Shown: positions 18,530 to 27,337 of the stretch, piece by piece
How positions within the stretch are numbered: position 1 is the first letter of the stretch
How the letters are laid out: every line of letters starts with the position of its first letter
Origin: Escherichia phage ZG49
DNA length: 40,291 bases
Reading direction: 5' to 3' (one strand)
Sequence record: NC_047777.1
Program-made: the position numbers and the translations under genes
The notes under the pieces: model-generated
The model's input: only the letters and a program-made list of their open reading frames with translations
Told to the model about the DNA's origin: nothing
The model's database searches: none

Positions 18530-18952
18530 ATGCTACCATATCTCAACTCACGCGAAGGTCGCCACATGTGCGCTTGTCGCCTCTGGGAAGACGGGCAGTC
18601 TAACTTCAAGTCATTCGAGGACTTCAAGGCTCATACTTACCGTATGGCTGACGAGTTCGACGGTGAAGAATACACAATCTACGATGCCTCAGGTCAACCA
18701 GTAGCGTATCTCTACATGCTGGCTACCGCATCTTGGCACCGACCGACTCCCGGTCTTGACCTTTCAATAGTCGCTATTCGTCGTGACTCGCAGTCCTCCC
18801 GCAAGGTTCTTGAGACTGTCAGACACATCATAGACGAAGAGTGCAAGCGTTGGGGTCTTGGCTGGTATTCTCGTGTCAAGCATGTTTCCGGGTCGGTAGA
18901 CATCGTAACAACCAAGTGCGTTAGCACGAACAAGGAGATTAATCGTGGGTAA
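18530..18952 (+). CDS. gp7-like virion protein
   Basis: Position and size (140 aa versus T7 133 aa). Confidence 0.5.
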   Translation: MLPYLNSREGRHMCACRLWEDGQSNFKSFEDFKAHTYRMADEFDGEEYTIYDASGQPVAYLYMLATASWHRPTPGLDLSIVAIRRDSQSSRKVLETVRHIIDEECKRWGLGWYSRVKHVSGSVDIVTTKCVSTNKEINRG

Positions 18953-19199
18953 ATCAATCAGTAAGGCCTTCAAGAAAGTGGTGAAAAGTACGTTAGGGGC
19001 AGTCGGTCTTGGAGCTGATGATGCACCTAAAGTTGTTGAGGCTCAGACCCCAGCACCAGCAGCACCAGTGGAAGTACCGAACGACAAAGTGGAGGATGTG
19101 GATACTGAAGCTACTGCATCTGATGAGAAGAAAGTGAAGCGTTCCGGTAAGCGTAGCCTTCAGGTCTCTCGCACCTCTGGTGGCGGTATTTCTATTTAA
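18945..19199 (+). CDS. gp7.3-like tail-associated protein
   Basis: GTG start after AAGGAG; Ala/Pro-rich, as T7 gp7.3; position. Confidence 0.55.
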   Translation: MGKSISKAFKKVVKSTLGAVGLGADDAPKVVEAQTPAPAAPVEVPNDKVEDVDTEATASDEKKVKRSGKRSLQVSRTSGGGISI

Positions 19200-19210
19200 G
19201 GAGGTGACGA

Positions 19211-20779
19211 ATGGCTGAACGTGAAGGGTTCGCTGCTGAAGGAGCCAAAGCGGTCTATGACCGACTGAAGAACGGTAGACAGCCATATGAGACACGCGCT
19301 CAGAACTGTGCTGCTGTCACTATCCCGTCACTGTTTCCTAAGGAGTCCGACAACTCGTCTACTGAGTACACAACTCCGTGGCAAGCTGTAGGTGCTCGCT
19401 GTTTGAACAACTTGGCTGCAAAGCTGATGTTGGCATTATTCCCTCAGTCACCGTGGATGCGACTGACAGTCTCCGAATATGAGGCCAAGACCTTGAGTCA
19501 GGACTCAGAGGCTGCTGCTCGTGTTGACGAAGGGCTGGCTATGGTCGAGCGTGTGTTGATGGCCTACATGGAGACTAACAGTTTCCGTGTCCCACTGTTC
19601 GAAGCTCTGAAGCAGCTTATCGTCTCCGGTAACTGTCTGCTCTACATTCCAGAGCCTGAACAAGGTACTTACAGTCCTATGCGAATGTACCGCTTAGTGT
19701 CCTACGTTGTTCAACGTGATGCTTTCGGTAATATCTTGCAGATTGTGACTCTCGACAAGGTAGCGTTTAGTGCTCTACCGGAAGACGTTAAGTCACAACT
19801 CAACGCAGACGACTATGAGCCTGACACAGAGCTGGAAGTATATACGCACATCTACCGTCAAGACGACGAGTATCTACGTTATGAAGAAGTGGAAGGCATT
19901 GAGGTAGCAGGGACCGAGGGTTCCTACCCACTGACTGCATGTCCATACATCCCGGTACGAATGGTTCGACTGGATGGTGAAGACTATGGTCGTTCTTACT
20001 GCGAGGAGTATCTGGGAGACCTGAACTCGCTGGAGACGATTACAGAAGCTATCACCAAAATGGCTAAGGTAGCCTCCAAGGTGGTGGGCCTCGTTAACCC
20101 GAACGGTATCACGCAACCTCGTCGTCTGAACAAGGCGGCTACAGGTGAGTTCGTTGCCGGTCGCGTTGAGGACATCAACTTCCTGCAACTGACTAAGGGT
20201 CAGGACTTTACGATTGCCAAGTCGGTGGCTGATGCTATCGAGCAACGTTTAGGCTGGGCCTTCCTTCTTAATAGTGCTGTTCAGCGTAATGCCGAGCGAG
20301 TCACTGCTGAAGAGATTCGTTATGTTGCTGGCGAACTGGAGGCGACCTTAGGTGGCGTGTACTCAGTACAATCCCAAGAGCTTCAGTTACCTATCGTCCG
20401 TGTGCTGATGAACCAACTTCAGTCTGCTGGCATGATTCCTGACCTTCCGAAAGAAGCGGTAGAGCCTACTGTCTCCACTGGTCTGGAAGCGTTAGGTCGT
20501 GGTCAGGACTTGGAGAAGCTAACTCAGGCGGTTAACATGATGACTGGTCTTCAGCCGCTATCTCAGGACCCGGACATCAACTTGCCGACCCTTAAGCTAC
20601 GACTCCTGAACGCTCTGGGTATCGACACCGCTGGCCTACTCCTGACGCAAGACGAGAAGATTCAGCGCATGGCTGAGCAGTCGTCTCAACAGGCAGTTGT
20701 CCAAGGTGCTAGTGCTGCTGGTGCTAACATGGGTGCTGCTGTAGGTCAGGGAGCTGGTGAGGACATGGCTCAAGCCTAA
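19211..20779 (+). CDS. Head-to-tail connector / portal protein (gp8-like)
   Basis: 522 aa versus T7 gp8 536 aa; conserved position before scaffold and capsid; RBS AAGGAGG. Confidence 0.9.
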   Translation: MAEREGFAAEGAKAVYDRLKNGRQPYETRAQNCAAVTIPSLFPKESDNSSTEYTTPWQAVGARCLNNLAAKLMLALFPQSPWMRLTVSEYEAKTLSQDSEAAARVDEGLAMVERVLMAYMETNSFRVPLFEALKQLIVSGNCLLYIPEPEQGTYSPMRMYRLVSYVVQRDAFGNILQIVTLDKVAFSALPEDVKSQLNADDYEPDTELEVYTHIYRQDDEYLRYEEVEGIEVAGTEGSYPLTACPYIPVRMVRLDGEDYGRSYCEEYLGDLNSLETITEAITKMAKVASKVVGLVNPNGITQPRRLNKAATGEFVAGRVEDINFLQLTKGQDFTIAKSVADAIEQRLGWAFLLNSAVQRNAERVTAEEIRYVAGELEATLGGVYSVQSQELQLPIVRVLMNQLQSAGMIPDLPKEAVEPTVSTGLEALGRGQDLEKLTQAVNMMTGLQPLSQDPDINLPTLKLRLLNALGIDTAGLLLTQDEKIQRMAEQSSQQAVVQGASAAGANMGAAVGQGAGEDMAQA

Positions 20780-20794
20780 ACTATCACTATAGGA
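20777..20794 (+). promoter_or_regulatory. Phage RNAP promoter TAAACTATCACTATAGGA (phi9-like)
   Basis: Exact consensus. Confidence 0.7.
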
Positions 20795-20875
20795 ACTTAG
20801 ACAAGATTCACAAAGCATTAGGCCGGGTGAGACTCCCGGTCGGTTCCTATCATCAACTTAAAGGAGAATGACTCA

Positions 20876-21760
20876 ATGTCTCAATCAGTTTATGCCGAGT
20901 TCGGCGTTAGCTCTAATGCAATCACTGGTTCCGTTGAGGACCTGAACGAACACCAGAAGTCTATGCTTGAACAGGACGTATCGGTTCGTGATGGCGACGA
21001 TGCTATTACCTTCAAGCAACTGGAAGCTGAAACCGAAGAGGCTACCGAAGAAGACGATGACGTCGACGAGACTGAAGGTGAAGAAGACCACGAGTCCGAT
21101 GACGAAGAGTCTGAGACCGATGGTGAGCAGCCTGAGTTCATCGAACTAGGTGATGCACCGAAAGAGCTGACTGAAAGTGTCACCGCTCTGGATGAAAACG
21201 AAGCTGCATTTGACGACATGGTGTCTTCTGCTGTAGAAGCTGGCAAGGTCACTGCTGATGAAATTACCGCTATCAAGGCTGAATACGCCAAGGACGGTAA
21301 GCTGTCTGACGCATCCTACGCTAAGTTGCAGGAAGCAGGTTACACCAAGCGTTTCGTAGATTCGTTTGTCCGTGGTCAGGAAGCTCTTGCTGAACAGTAT
21401 GCTGCTGGTGTGGTTCGCTACGCTGGTGGTGCTGAACAGTTTAATCGCATCCTGTCACACCTTGAGTCCAACGACCCGTCAACTCGTGAAGCACTGGAAG
21501 CTGCTATCGTTCGTAAGGACATTGCGACTACCAAAGCTCTGCTGAATCTGGCTGGCAAGACTCTGGGTAAAGCTGTAGGTGTTAAACCTCAGCGAACCAT
21601 CACCACTCAGGCTAAACCTGTGGTCGCACCTAAGGCTCCTCAGACCGAAGCATTCAGCTCCAAGGCTGACATGATTAAGGCTATGAGTGACCCGCGCTAC
21701 CTGCGTGACGCTAAGTACACGATGGAAGTTCGCGCCAAGGTAGCTGCCTCAAGCCTGTAG
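20876..21760 (+). CDS. Capsid assembly scaffolding protein (gp9-like)
   Basis: Highly acidic N-terminal half; position between portal and capsid. Confidence 0.8.
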   Translation: MSQSVYAEFGVSSNAITGSVEDLNEHQKSMLEQDVSVRDGDDAITFKQLEAETEEATEEDDDVDETEGEEDHESDDEESETDGEQPEFIELGDAPKELTESVTALDENEAAFDDMVSSAVEAGKVTADEITAIKAEYAKDGKLSDASYAKLQEAGYTKRFVDSFVRGQEALAEQYAAGVVRYAGGAEQFNRILSHLESNDPSTREALEAAIVRKDIATTKALLNLAGKTLGKAVGVKPQRTITTQAKPVVAPKAPQTEAFSSKADMIKAMSDPRYLRDAKYTMEVRAKVAASSL

Positions 21761-21763
21761 GAC

Positions 21764-21781
21764 TAAACTATCACTATAGGA
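21764..21781 (+). promoter_or_regulatory. Phage RNAP promoter TAAACTATCACTATAGGA (phi10-like)
   Basis: Exact consensus directly upstream of the capsid gene. Confidence 0.75.
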
Positions 21782-21885
21782 GACCAAGAGACAGACTCAA
21801 GGTTCCCCTATTACTTCAGTCCATACGGATTGGGCGTACAGCAAGTAATAAACTTTATCTTTCAATTGAATAGGAGAATTATCAT

Positions 21886-22938
21886 ATGGCAAACGTTCCG
21901 GGTCAGAAAGTAGGTACAGACCAAGGTAAAGGCAAATCTGGTTCCGACGCTCTGGCGTTGTTCCTGAAGGTCTTTGCTGGCGAAGTCCTGACCGCATTCA
22001 CTCGCCGCTCTGTAACTGCTGACAAGCATATTGTCCGTACAATTCAGAACGGTAAGTCTGCTCAGTTCCCGGTCATGGGTCGCACCTCTGGTGTGTATCT
22101 AGCTCCGGGTGAGCGACTGTCCGATAAGCGTAAAGGTATCAAACATACCGAGAAAACAATTACCATTGATGGTCTGCTGACTGCCGATGTGATGATTTTC
22201 GACATTGAAGACGCGATGAACCACTATGACGTGGCTGGTGAGTATTCCAACCAGTTGGGTGAAGCTCTGGCTATCGCTGCTGATGGTGCGGTTCTGGCTG
22301 AAATTGCTATCCTGTGTAACCTCCCAGCTGCATCCAACGAGAACATCGCTGGTCTGGGTACTGCGTCCGTACTGGAAGTTGGTAAGAAAGCTGACCTCAA
22401 CACCCCGGCTAAACTGGGCGAAGCAATCATCGGTCAACTGACCATCGCTCGTGCGAAACTGACCTCCAACTACGTTCCTGCTGGCGACCGTTATTTCTAT
22501 ACAACGCCGGATAACTACTCTGCAATCCTCGCGGCTCTGATGCCGAACGCTGCTAACTATGCTGCGCTGATTGACCCAGAGACTGGTAACATCCGTAACG
22601 TAATGGGCTTCGTGGTTGTTGAAGTCCCACACTTGACTCAGGGTGGTGCTGGTGAAACTCGTGGTGATGATGGTATCACTATTGCGACTGGTCAGAAGCA
22701 CGCCTTCCCAGCTACTACTACTACTGGTAATGCTAAAGTTGCTCTGGACAACGTTGTGGGCCTGTTCTCTCACCGTTCTGCTGTGGGTACTGTGAAGCTT
22801 CGTGACTTGGCGCTGGAACGTGACCGTGACGTCGATGCTCAGGGCGACCTGATTGTTGGTAAGTACGCTATGGGTCACGGTGGTCTGCGTCCTGAAGCGG
22901 CGGGTGCGCTGGTTTTCACAGCAGCGTCAGCGGTCTAA
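21886..22938 (+). CDS. Major capsid protein (gp10A-like, 350 aa)
   Basis: Extensive similarity to T7 gp10A (ALFLKVF.GEVLTAF, GKSAQFPV.GRT, IKHTEK.ITIDGLLTADV, DIEDAMNHYDV, AILAALMPNAANYAALIDPE, HRSAVGTVKLRDLALER, KYAMGHGGLRPEAAGA). Confidence 0.97.
   Translation: MANVPGQKVGTDQGKGKSGSDALALFLKVFAGEVLTAFTRRSVTADKHIVRTIQNGKSAQFPVMGRTSGVYLAPGERLSDKRKGIKHTEKTITIDGLLTADVMIFDIEDAMNHYDVAGEYSNQLGEALAIAADGAVLAEIAILCNLPAASNENIAGLGTASVLEVGKKADLNTPAKLGEAIIGQLTIARAKLTSNYVPAGDRYFYTTPDNYSAILAALMPNAANYAALIDPETGNIRNVMGFVVVEVPHLTQGGAGETRGDDGITIATGQKHAFPATTTTGNAKVALDNVVGLFSHRSAVGTVKLRDLALERDRDVDAQGDLIVGKYAMGHGGLRPEAAGALVFTAASAV
22911..22917 (+). promoter_or_regulatory. Putative -1 ribosomal frameshift heptamer G GTT TTC near the 3' end of the capsid gene (gp10B-type)
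   Basis: Same heptamer occurs at the equivalent position of T7 gene 10 (from memory); -1 frame open from 22917 to 23195. Confidence 0.45.
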
Positions 22939-22948
22939 CGACCTTTAA

Positions 22949-23086
22949 GGCCCTCTCTACAGAGGGTCCTACCTTAGAGACGTACAGTTCTACGGTGGGG
23001 ACCAGCCTTAAGGTTGACTTACCTGAGCTTTCAGATGTGACCGATTGGTCGCTGCTTGAGGTGACTACGCCTGAGTGGTTTTTTTT
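22949..23086 (+). terminator. Candidate late terminator region (Tphi-like): 8-bp hairpin 22949-22968 and a T8 tract 23079-23086
   Basis: Hairpin GGCCCTCT/AGAGGGTC just after gp10 stop; T8 run further downstream; no clean hairpin directly abutting the T-run. Confidence 0.3.
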
Positions 23087-23203
23087 GCTTAAAGTGAGGA
23101 TGATTATGTTTTACTTACTTACAGCCTTGGGACTATTTGTTAGTTTCTGGGCGATTATATTATTAACCGGACCATGCAGTCCTTACGACAGATAGGAGGG
23201 AGT

Positions 23204-23770
23204 ATGGCTCAATACATTCCACTGAATGCTAACGATGACTTAGACGCTATCAACGATATGTTAGCTGCTATCGGTGAACCAGCAGTCCTACAGCTTGACG
23301 AGGGGAATGCTGACGTCTCGAACGCCCAACGTATCCTGCATCGTGTCAATCGTCAGGTCCAAGCTAAAGGCTGGAACTTTAACATCAACGAAGCTGCTGT
23401 CCTGACACCTGATGTCCAAGACAATAGGATTCGATTCTTGCCGTCATACCTTCGTGTAATGACCGCTGGGGCCACCAGCTACTACAGCAACATGGGTGGA
23501 TACCTGTACGACCTGTCCACTCAGTCGACCACTTTCACCGACCCTATCACGGTAGAGCTTGTGGAGATGAAGCCATTCTCAGAGATGCCTGTGGTCTTCA
23601 GGGACTACATCGTCACTAAAGCTAGCCGTGAGTTCAACGCTAAGTTCTTCGGTAGCCCAGAGTCTGAACTGTACCTTCGTGAGCAGGAAGCAGAACTCTA
23701 TCAGCAGGTCATGGAATACGAGATGGATACTGGTCGCTACAACATGATGTCCGACATTGGGAGAGACTAA
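23204..23770 (+). CDS. Tail tubular protein A (gp11-like)
   Basis: Similarity to T7 gp11 (IGEP, RILN/HR.NRQ.Q..GW.FNI, ..YEMD.G.YNM); ATG 23204 after AGGAGGG. Confidence 0.9.
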   Translation: MAQYIPLNANDDLDAINDMLAAIGEPAVLQLDEGNADVSNAQRILHRVNRQVQAKGWNFNINEAAVLTPDVQDNRIRFLPSYLRVMTAGATSYYSNMGGYLYDLSTQSTTFTDPITVELVEMKPFSEMPVVFRDYIVTKASREFNAKFFGSPESELYLREQEAELYQQVMEYEMDTGRYNMMSDIGRD

Positions 23771-26127
23771 TGCCACTAATTACTCAATCAATCAAGAACC
23801 TTAAGGGTGGCATTAGCCAACAGCCTGACATACTGAGGTTCTCAGACCAAGGCGAGTCACAGGTTAACTGCTGGTCATCAGAGAGTGATGGCCTCCAGAA
23901 GCGTCCACCTACAGTCTTCAAGCGACGTCTTAACATCGACGTTGGGAGCAACCCTAAGTTCCACCTGATTAACCGTGATGAGCATGAGCAGTATTACATC
24001 GTGTTCAATGGGTCCAACATTCAGGTAGTTGACTTGAGTGGTAATCAATACTCAGTGTCCGGTGCGGTAGATTACGTTAAGTCCTCCAACCCACGAGATG
24101 ACATCCGTGTCGTTACCGTGGCAGACTATACGTTCGTCGTTAACCGTAAGGTTGTCGTCAAAGGTGGAAGCGAGAAGTCACACTCTGGTTATAACCGCAA
24201 AGCACGAGCTTTAATTAACCTGCGTGGTGGGCAGTATGGTCGAACCCTTAAGGTGGGAATCAACGGTGGCGTCAAGGTCTCGCATAAGCTACCAGCAGGT
24301 AATGATGCCGAGAATGACCCACCTAAGGTGGACGCTCAAGCCATTGGTGCAGCTCTGAGAGACCTTCTTGTTCAGTCCTATCCTGACTTCACGTTTGACC
24401 TTGGGTCTGGCTTCCTGCTAATCACAGCTCCTTCAGGGACCGACATTAACTCAGTGGAGACGGAGGATGGCTACGCTAACCAGCTAATAAGCCCAGTCCT
24501 AGACACTGTGCAGACAATCTCTAAACTACCTCTTGCCGCTCCTAATGGGTATATCATTAAGATTCAAGGTGAAACAAACAGTAGCGCCGATGAATACTAC
24601 GTGATGTATGACTCCAACACTAAGACGTGGAAGGAGACAGTGGAGCCGGGAGTTGTCACTGGGTTCGATAACACCACAATGCCACACGCTCTGGTACGAC
24701 AATCTGATGGCTCCTTTGAGTTCAAGACTCTGGATTGGTCCAAGCGTGGTGCTGGTAACGATGACACAAACCCTATGCCTAGCTTCGTGGATGCTGCGAT
24801 TAATGATGTGTTCTTCTACAGGAACAGGCTAGGGTTCTTGTCGGGTGAGAACGTAATCATGAGCCGTTCAGCCAGCTACTTTGCGTTCTTCCCTAAGAGT
24901 GTGGCGACACTGAGTGATGGTGACCCTATTGATGTAGCTGTAAGTCACCCTCGAATCTCAATCCTTAAGTATGCCGTTCCGTTTAGTGAGCAGCTACTAC
25001 TTTGGTCGGATGAGGTTCAGTTCGTGATGACAAGCTCTGGGGTCCTTACCTCGAAGTCTATCCAGCTTGATGTAGGCTCAGAGTTTGCCTTAGGTGATAA
25101 TGCCAGACCGTTCGCTGTAGGACGCTCAGTCTTCTTCTCAGCTCCTCGTGGGTCATTCACCAGCATTAAGCGATACTTCGCTGTAGCTGATGTGTCTGAT
25201 GTGAAGGATGCTGATGATACAACCGGTCACGTATTGTCCTACATCCCTAACGGGGTGTTTGATATTCAAGGTACAGGGACTGAGAACTACATCTGCGTCA
25301 ACTCTACAGGTGCATACAACCGTATCTACATCTACAAGTTCTTGTTTAAGGACGGCGTACAGCTTCAAGCCTCTTGGTCACACTGGGAGTTCCCTAAAGA
25401 TGATAAGATTCTGGCGTCTGCTTCTATTGGCTCTACCATGTTCATCGTTCGTCAGCATCAAGGAGGGGTAGACATTGAGCACCTTAAGTTCATCAAGGAG
25501 GCAACTGACTTCCCGTCAGAGCCATATAGACTACACATTGACTCCAAGGTGTCTATGGTAATTCCAATTGGCTCATATAATGCTGACACCTATAAGACTA
25601 CGGTTGACATTGGTGCTGCTTATGGTGGCAACGCTCCGTCTCCCGGTCGGTACTATCTGATTGACAGTCAGGGTGCGTATGTGGACCTTGGGGACTTGAC
25701 CAGTATCTCTACTGTGATTACCCTCAACGGCGATTGGTCAGGACGTACAGTGTTCATCGGACGGCCCTATCTGATGTCCTACAAGTTCTCACGGTTCCTG
25801 ATTAAGATTGAAGATGATAGGGGCACTCAGTCTGAAGACACTGGTCGTCTACAGCTTCGTCGGGCTTGGGTAAACTACAAGGACACTGGCGCTCTGAGAC
25901 TCATTGTCAGAAACGGTGAGCGGGAGTTCGTGAACACCTTTAACGGGTACACCCTTGGTCAGCAAACCATCGGGACTACAAACATCGGTGACGGGCAGTA
26001 TCGCTTCGCTATGAATGGTAACGCATTAACCACGAGTCTAACCTTAGAGTCCGACTATCCTACCCCAGTGTCAATCGTTGGTTGTGGCTGGGAGGCGTCA
26101 TACGCTAAGAAAGCTCGTTCCGTTTAA
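23770..26127 (+). CDS. Tail tubular protein B (gp12-like)
   Basis: 785 aa versus T7 gp12 794 aa; conserved position; start overlaps gp11 stop. Confidence 0.9.
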   Translation: MPLITQSIKNLKGGISQQPDILRFSDQGESQVNCWSSESDGLQKRPPTVFKRRLNIDVGSNPKFHLINRDEHEQYYIVFNGSNIQVVDLSGNQYSVSGAVDYVKSSNPRDDIRVVTVADYTFVVNRKVVVKGGSEKSHSGYNRKARALINLRGGQYGRTLKVGINGGVKVSHKLPAGNDAENDPPKVDAQAIGAALRDLLVQSYPDFTFDLGSGFLLITAPSGTDINSVETEDGYANQLISPVLDTVQTISKLPLAAPNGYIIKIQGETNSSADEYYVMYDSNTKTWKETVEPGVVTGFDNTTMPHALVRQSDGSFEFKTLDWSKRGAGNDDTNPMPSFVDAAINDVFFYRNRLGFLSGENVIMSRSASYFAFFPKSVATLSDGDPIDVAVSHPRISILKYAVPFSEQLLLWSDEVQFVMTSSGVLTSKSIQLDVGSEFALGDNARPFAVGRSVFFSAPRGSFTSIKRYFAVADVSDVKDADDTTGHVLSYIPNGVFDIQGTGTENYICVNSTGAYNRIYIYKFLFKDGVQLQASWSHWEFPKDDKILASASIGSTMFIVRQHQGGVDIEHLKFIKEATDFPSEPYRLHIDSKVSMVIPIGSYNADTYKTTVDIGAAYGGNAPSPGRYYLIDSQGAYVDLGDLTSISTVITLNGDWSGRTVFIGRPYLMSYKFSRFLIKIEDDRGTQSEDTGRLQLRRAWVNYKDTGALRLIVRNGEREFVNTFNGYTLGQQTIGTTNIGDGQYRFAMNGNALTTSLTLESDYPTPVSIVGCGWEASYAKKARSV

Positions 26128-26154
26128 CTTATTGAATGGCCTATAGATTTACCT

Positions 26155-26173
26155 TAACTATCACTATAGGGAC
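26155..26173 (+). promoter_or_regulatory. Phage RNAP promoter TTAACTATCACTATAGGGA (phi13-like)
   Basis: Consensus match; intergenic. Confidence 0.7.
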
Positions 26174-26213
26174 TATAGGCCCTTTAAGTTATAATACTTT
26201 AATAGGAGACTTT

Positions 26214-26540
26214 ATGTATATTCGCAAGGCTACGGAACCGGATGTCCACTACTTTCTGTGGCATCTTTCAGCAGATGATGTTAATGAGTGCAAAGCAAAC
26301 TACGGGTCAACCGTTGGTCTCTCTGAAAGACTGCTTAAGCACCTATCTCCGTCATCTGTGGTTTTAACGAACGGTGTAGGCGAAGTGTTTGCCTATGGTG
26401 GAAACCAAGGGGATAACGTATGGTTCTTGACTTCAGGTCTGGTCTATAAGCTGAGACCTAAAGAGAAGCGAGAGTTCATAAAGCGTATCTCTGAGTACAG
26501 GGACTTAATGTTAGACCAATACGGGACCATCTGGAACTGA
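26214..26540 (+). CDS. gp13-like internal virion/assembly protein (108 aa from ATG 26214)
   Basis: ATG 26214 with AGGAG RBS downstream of the promoter; the track ORF start at 26136 would precede the promoter. Confidence 0.55.
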   Translation: MYIRKATEPDVHYFLWHLSADDVNECKANYGSTVGLSERLLKHLSPSSVVLTNGVGEVFAYGGNQGDNVWFLTSGLVYKLRPKEKREFIKRISEYRDLMLDQYGTIWN

Positions 26541-26585
26541 GTATGTGCTATATGCAGGACTTCAGGCCCTAGCAGAGGACTATGC

Positions 26586-26735
26586 GTGGACCATTGCCAT
26601 GACTCCGGTAAGGTGCGTGGTATTCTGTGCCACACCTGCAACATTAAGCTGACACGTCGAAACTATCCGTCTAACTGTGATAATTTTGACGAGAAGGCTG
26701 CCGAGTATCTGGCTACCAGCCAGAAGGGGGATTAG
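26586..26735 (+). CDS. Endonuclease VII-like (His-Me finger) small protein; start unclear (GTG 26586, or continuous with gp13 frame from 26541)
   Basis: CAICRTSG...CVDHCHDSGKVRGILCHTCNIKL...AAEYL fits the CxxC...DHxH..GKVRGLLCxxCN pattern of T4 endonuclease VII family proteins; same frame as gp13 across one TGA. Confidence 0.45.
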   Translation: MDHCHDSGKVRGILCHTCNIKLTRRNYPSNCDNFDEKAAEYLATSQKGD

Positions 26736-26762
26736 AAAATTTGCGAGCCAATTAGCATTGGG

Positions 26763-27326
26763 ATGGGAATCATGTCTGTAGCAGGGGCCACTATGTCCGC
26801 ATCCCAACAGGCCAAGGCTGAAGGAGCAGCAATTGACGCTCAGAACCGACAGGCTCAGGAAATGGTTAAGCAGATGAACTACTCTGACGCCAACCTGAAG
26901 ATGCAGGAGCGAGACCTGAAGGAGCAGCAGATGGCTGAACTGACAGAGACCACTCTAAACGGTATCCGCAATCAGGGGATGGTCCGAGCTGCAGTGGCTG
27001 AGTCAGGTCTGGAAGGTAACTCTATGGACAGGATTGAACGTCAGGTCAAAGGAGATACAGTCAAGGAGCGAGCAGGGATTACCGAAAGTTACAACCGCGA
27101 CTATGCGGCTATCTTCGGGAACCGTATCGCCAACATTGAGAACACAAAGTCTGCTATCCGTGGTCAGGGTAAAATCATCAAGACCAGCCCACTGGCTCAT
27201 GCACTTAATGTTGCTACAGCAGGGATGCAAGGTTACGCCGCTGGTAAGTCAATCTCTGGAGCGTCAAGCTCTGGTGGTGCTGCACCAATTAGTGCTGCTA
27301 AAGGCACACCTACAGGTCATAGCTAA
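26763..27326 (+). CDS. Internal virion protein A (gp14-like)
   Basis: 187 aa versus T7 gp14 196 aa; position. Confidence 0.7.
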   Translation: MGIMSVAGATMSASQQAKAEGAAIDAQNRQAQEMVKQMNYSDANLKMQERDLKEQQMAELTETTLNGIRNQGMVRAAVAESGLEGNSMDRIERQVKGDTVKERAGITESYNRDYAAIFGNRIANIENTKSAIRGQGKIIKTSPLAHALNVATAGMQGYAAGKSISGASSSGGAAPISAAKGTPTGHS

Positions 27327-27337
27327 GAGGAGGACTA

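Noticed and set aside
22099-22878. 259-aa ORF on the minus strand
   Set aside because: Fully antisense to the well-supported major capsid gene, no RBS, no motifs; every supported gene here is on the + strand. The same reasoning applies to the other minus-strand ORFs in the track (e.g. 16916-17350, 20890-21291, 3455-3835, 33219-33611).
22995-23195. 66-aa ORF as an independent gene between capsid and tail tube genes
   Set aside because: Starts at a GTG without RBS and lies in the -1 frame of the capsid gene downstream of the slip site; more likely the gp10B-type extension and/or the short ORF starting at 23106.
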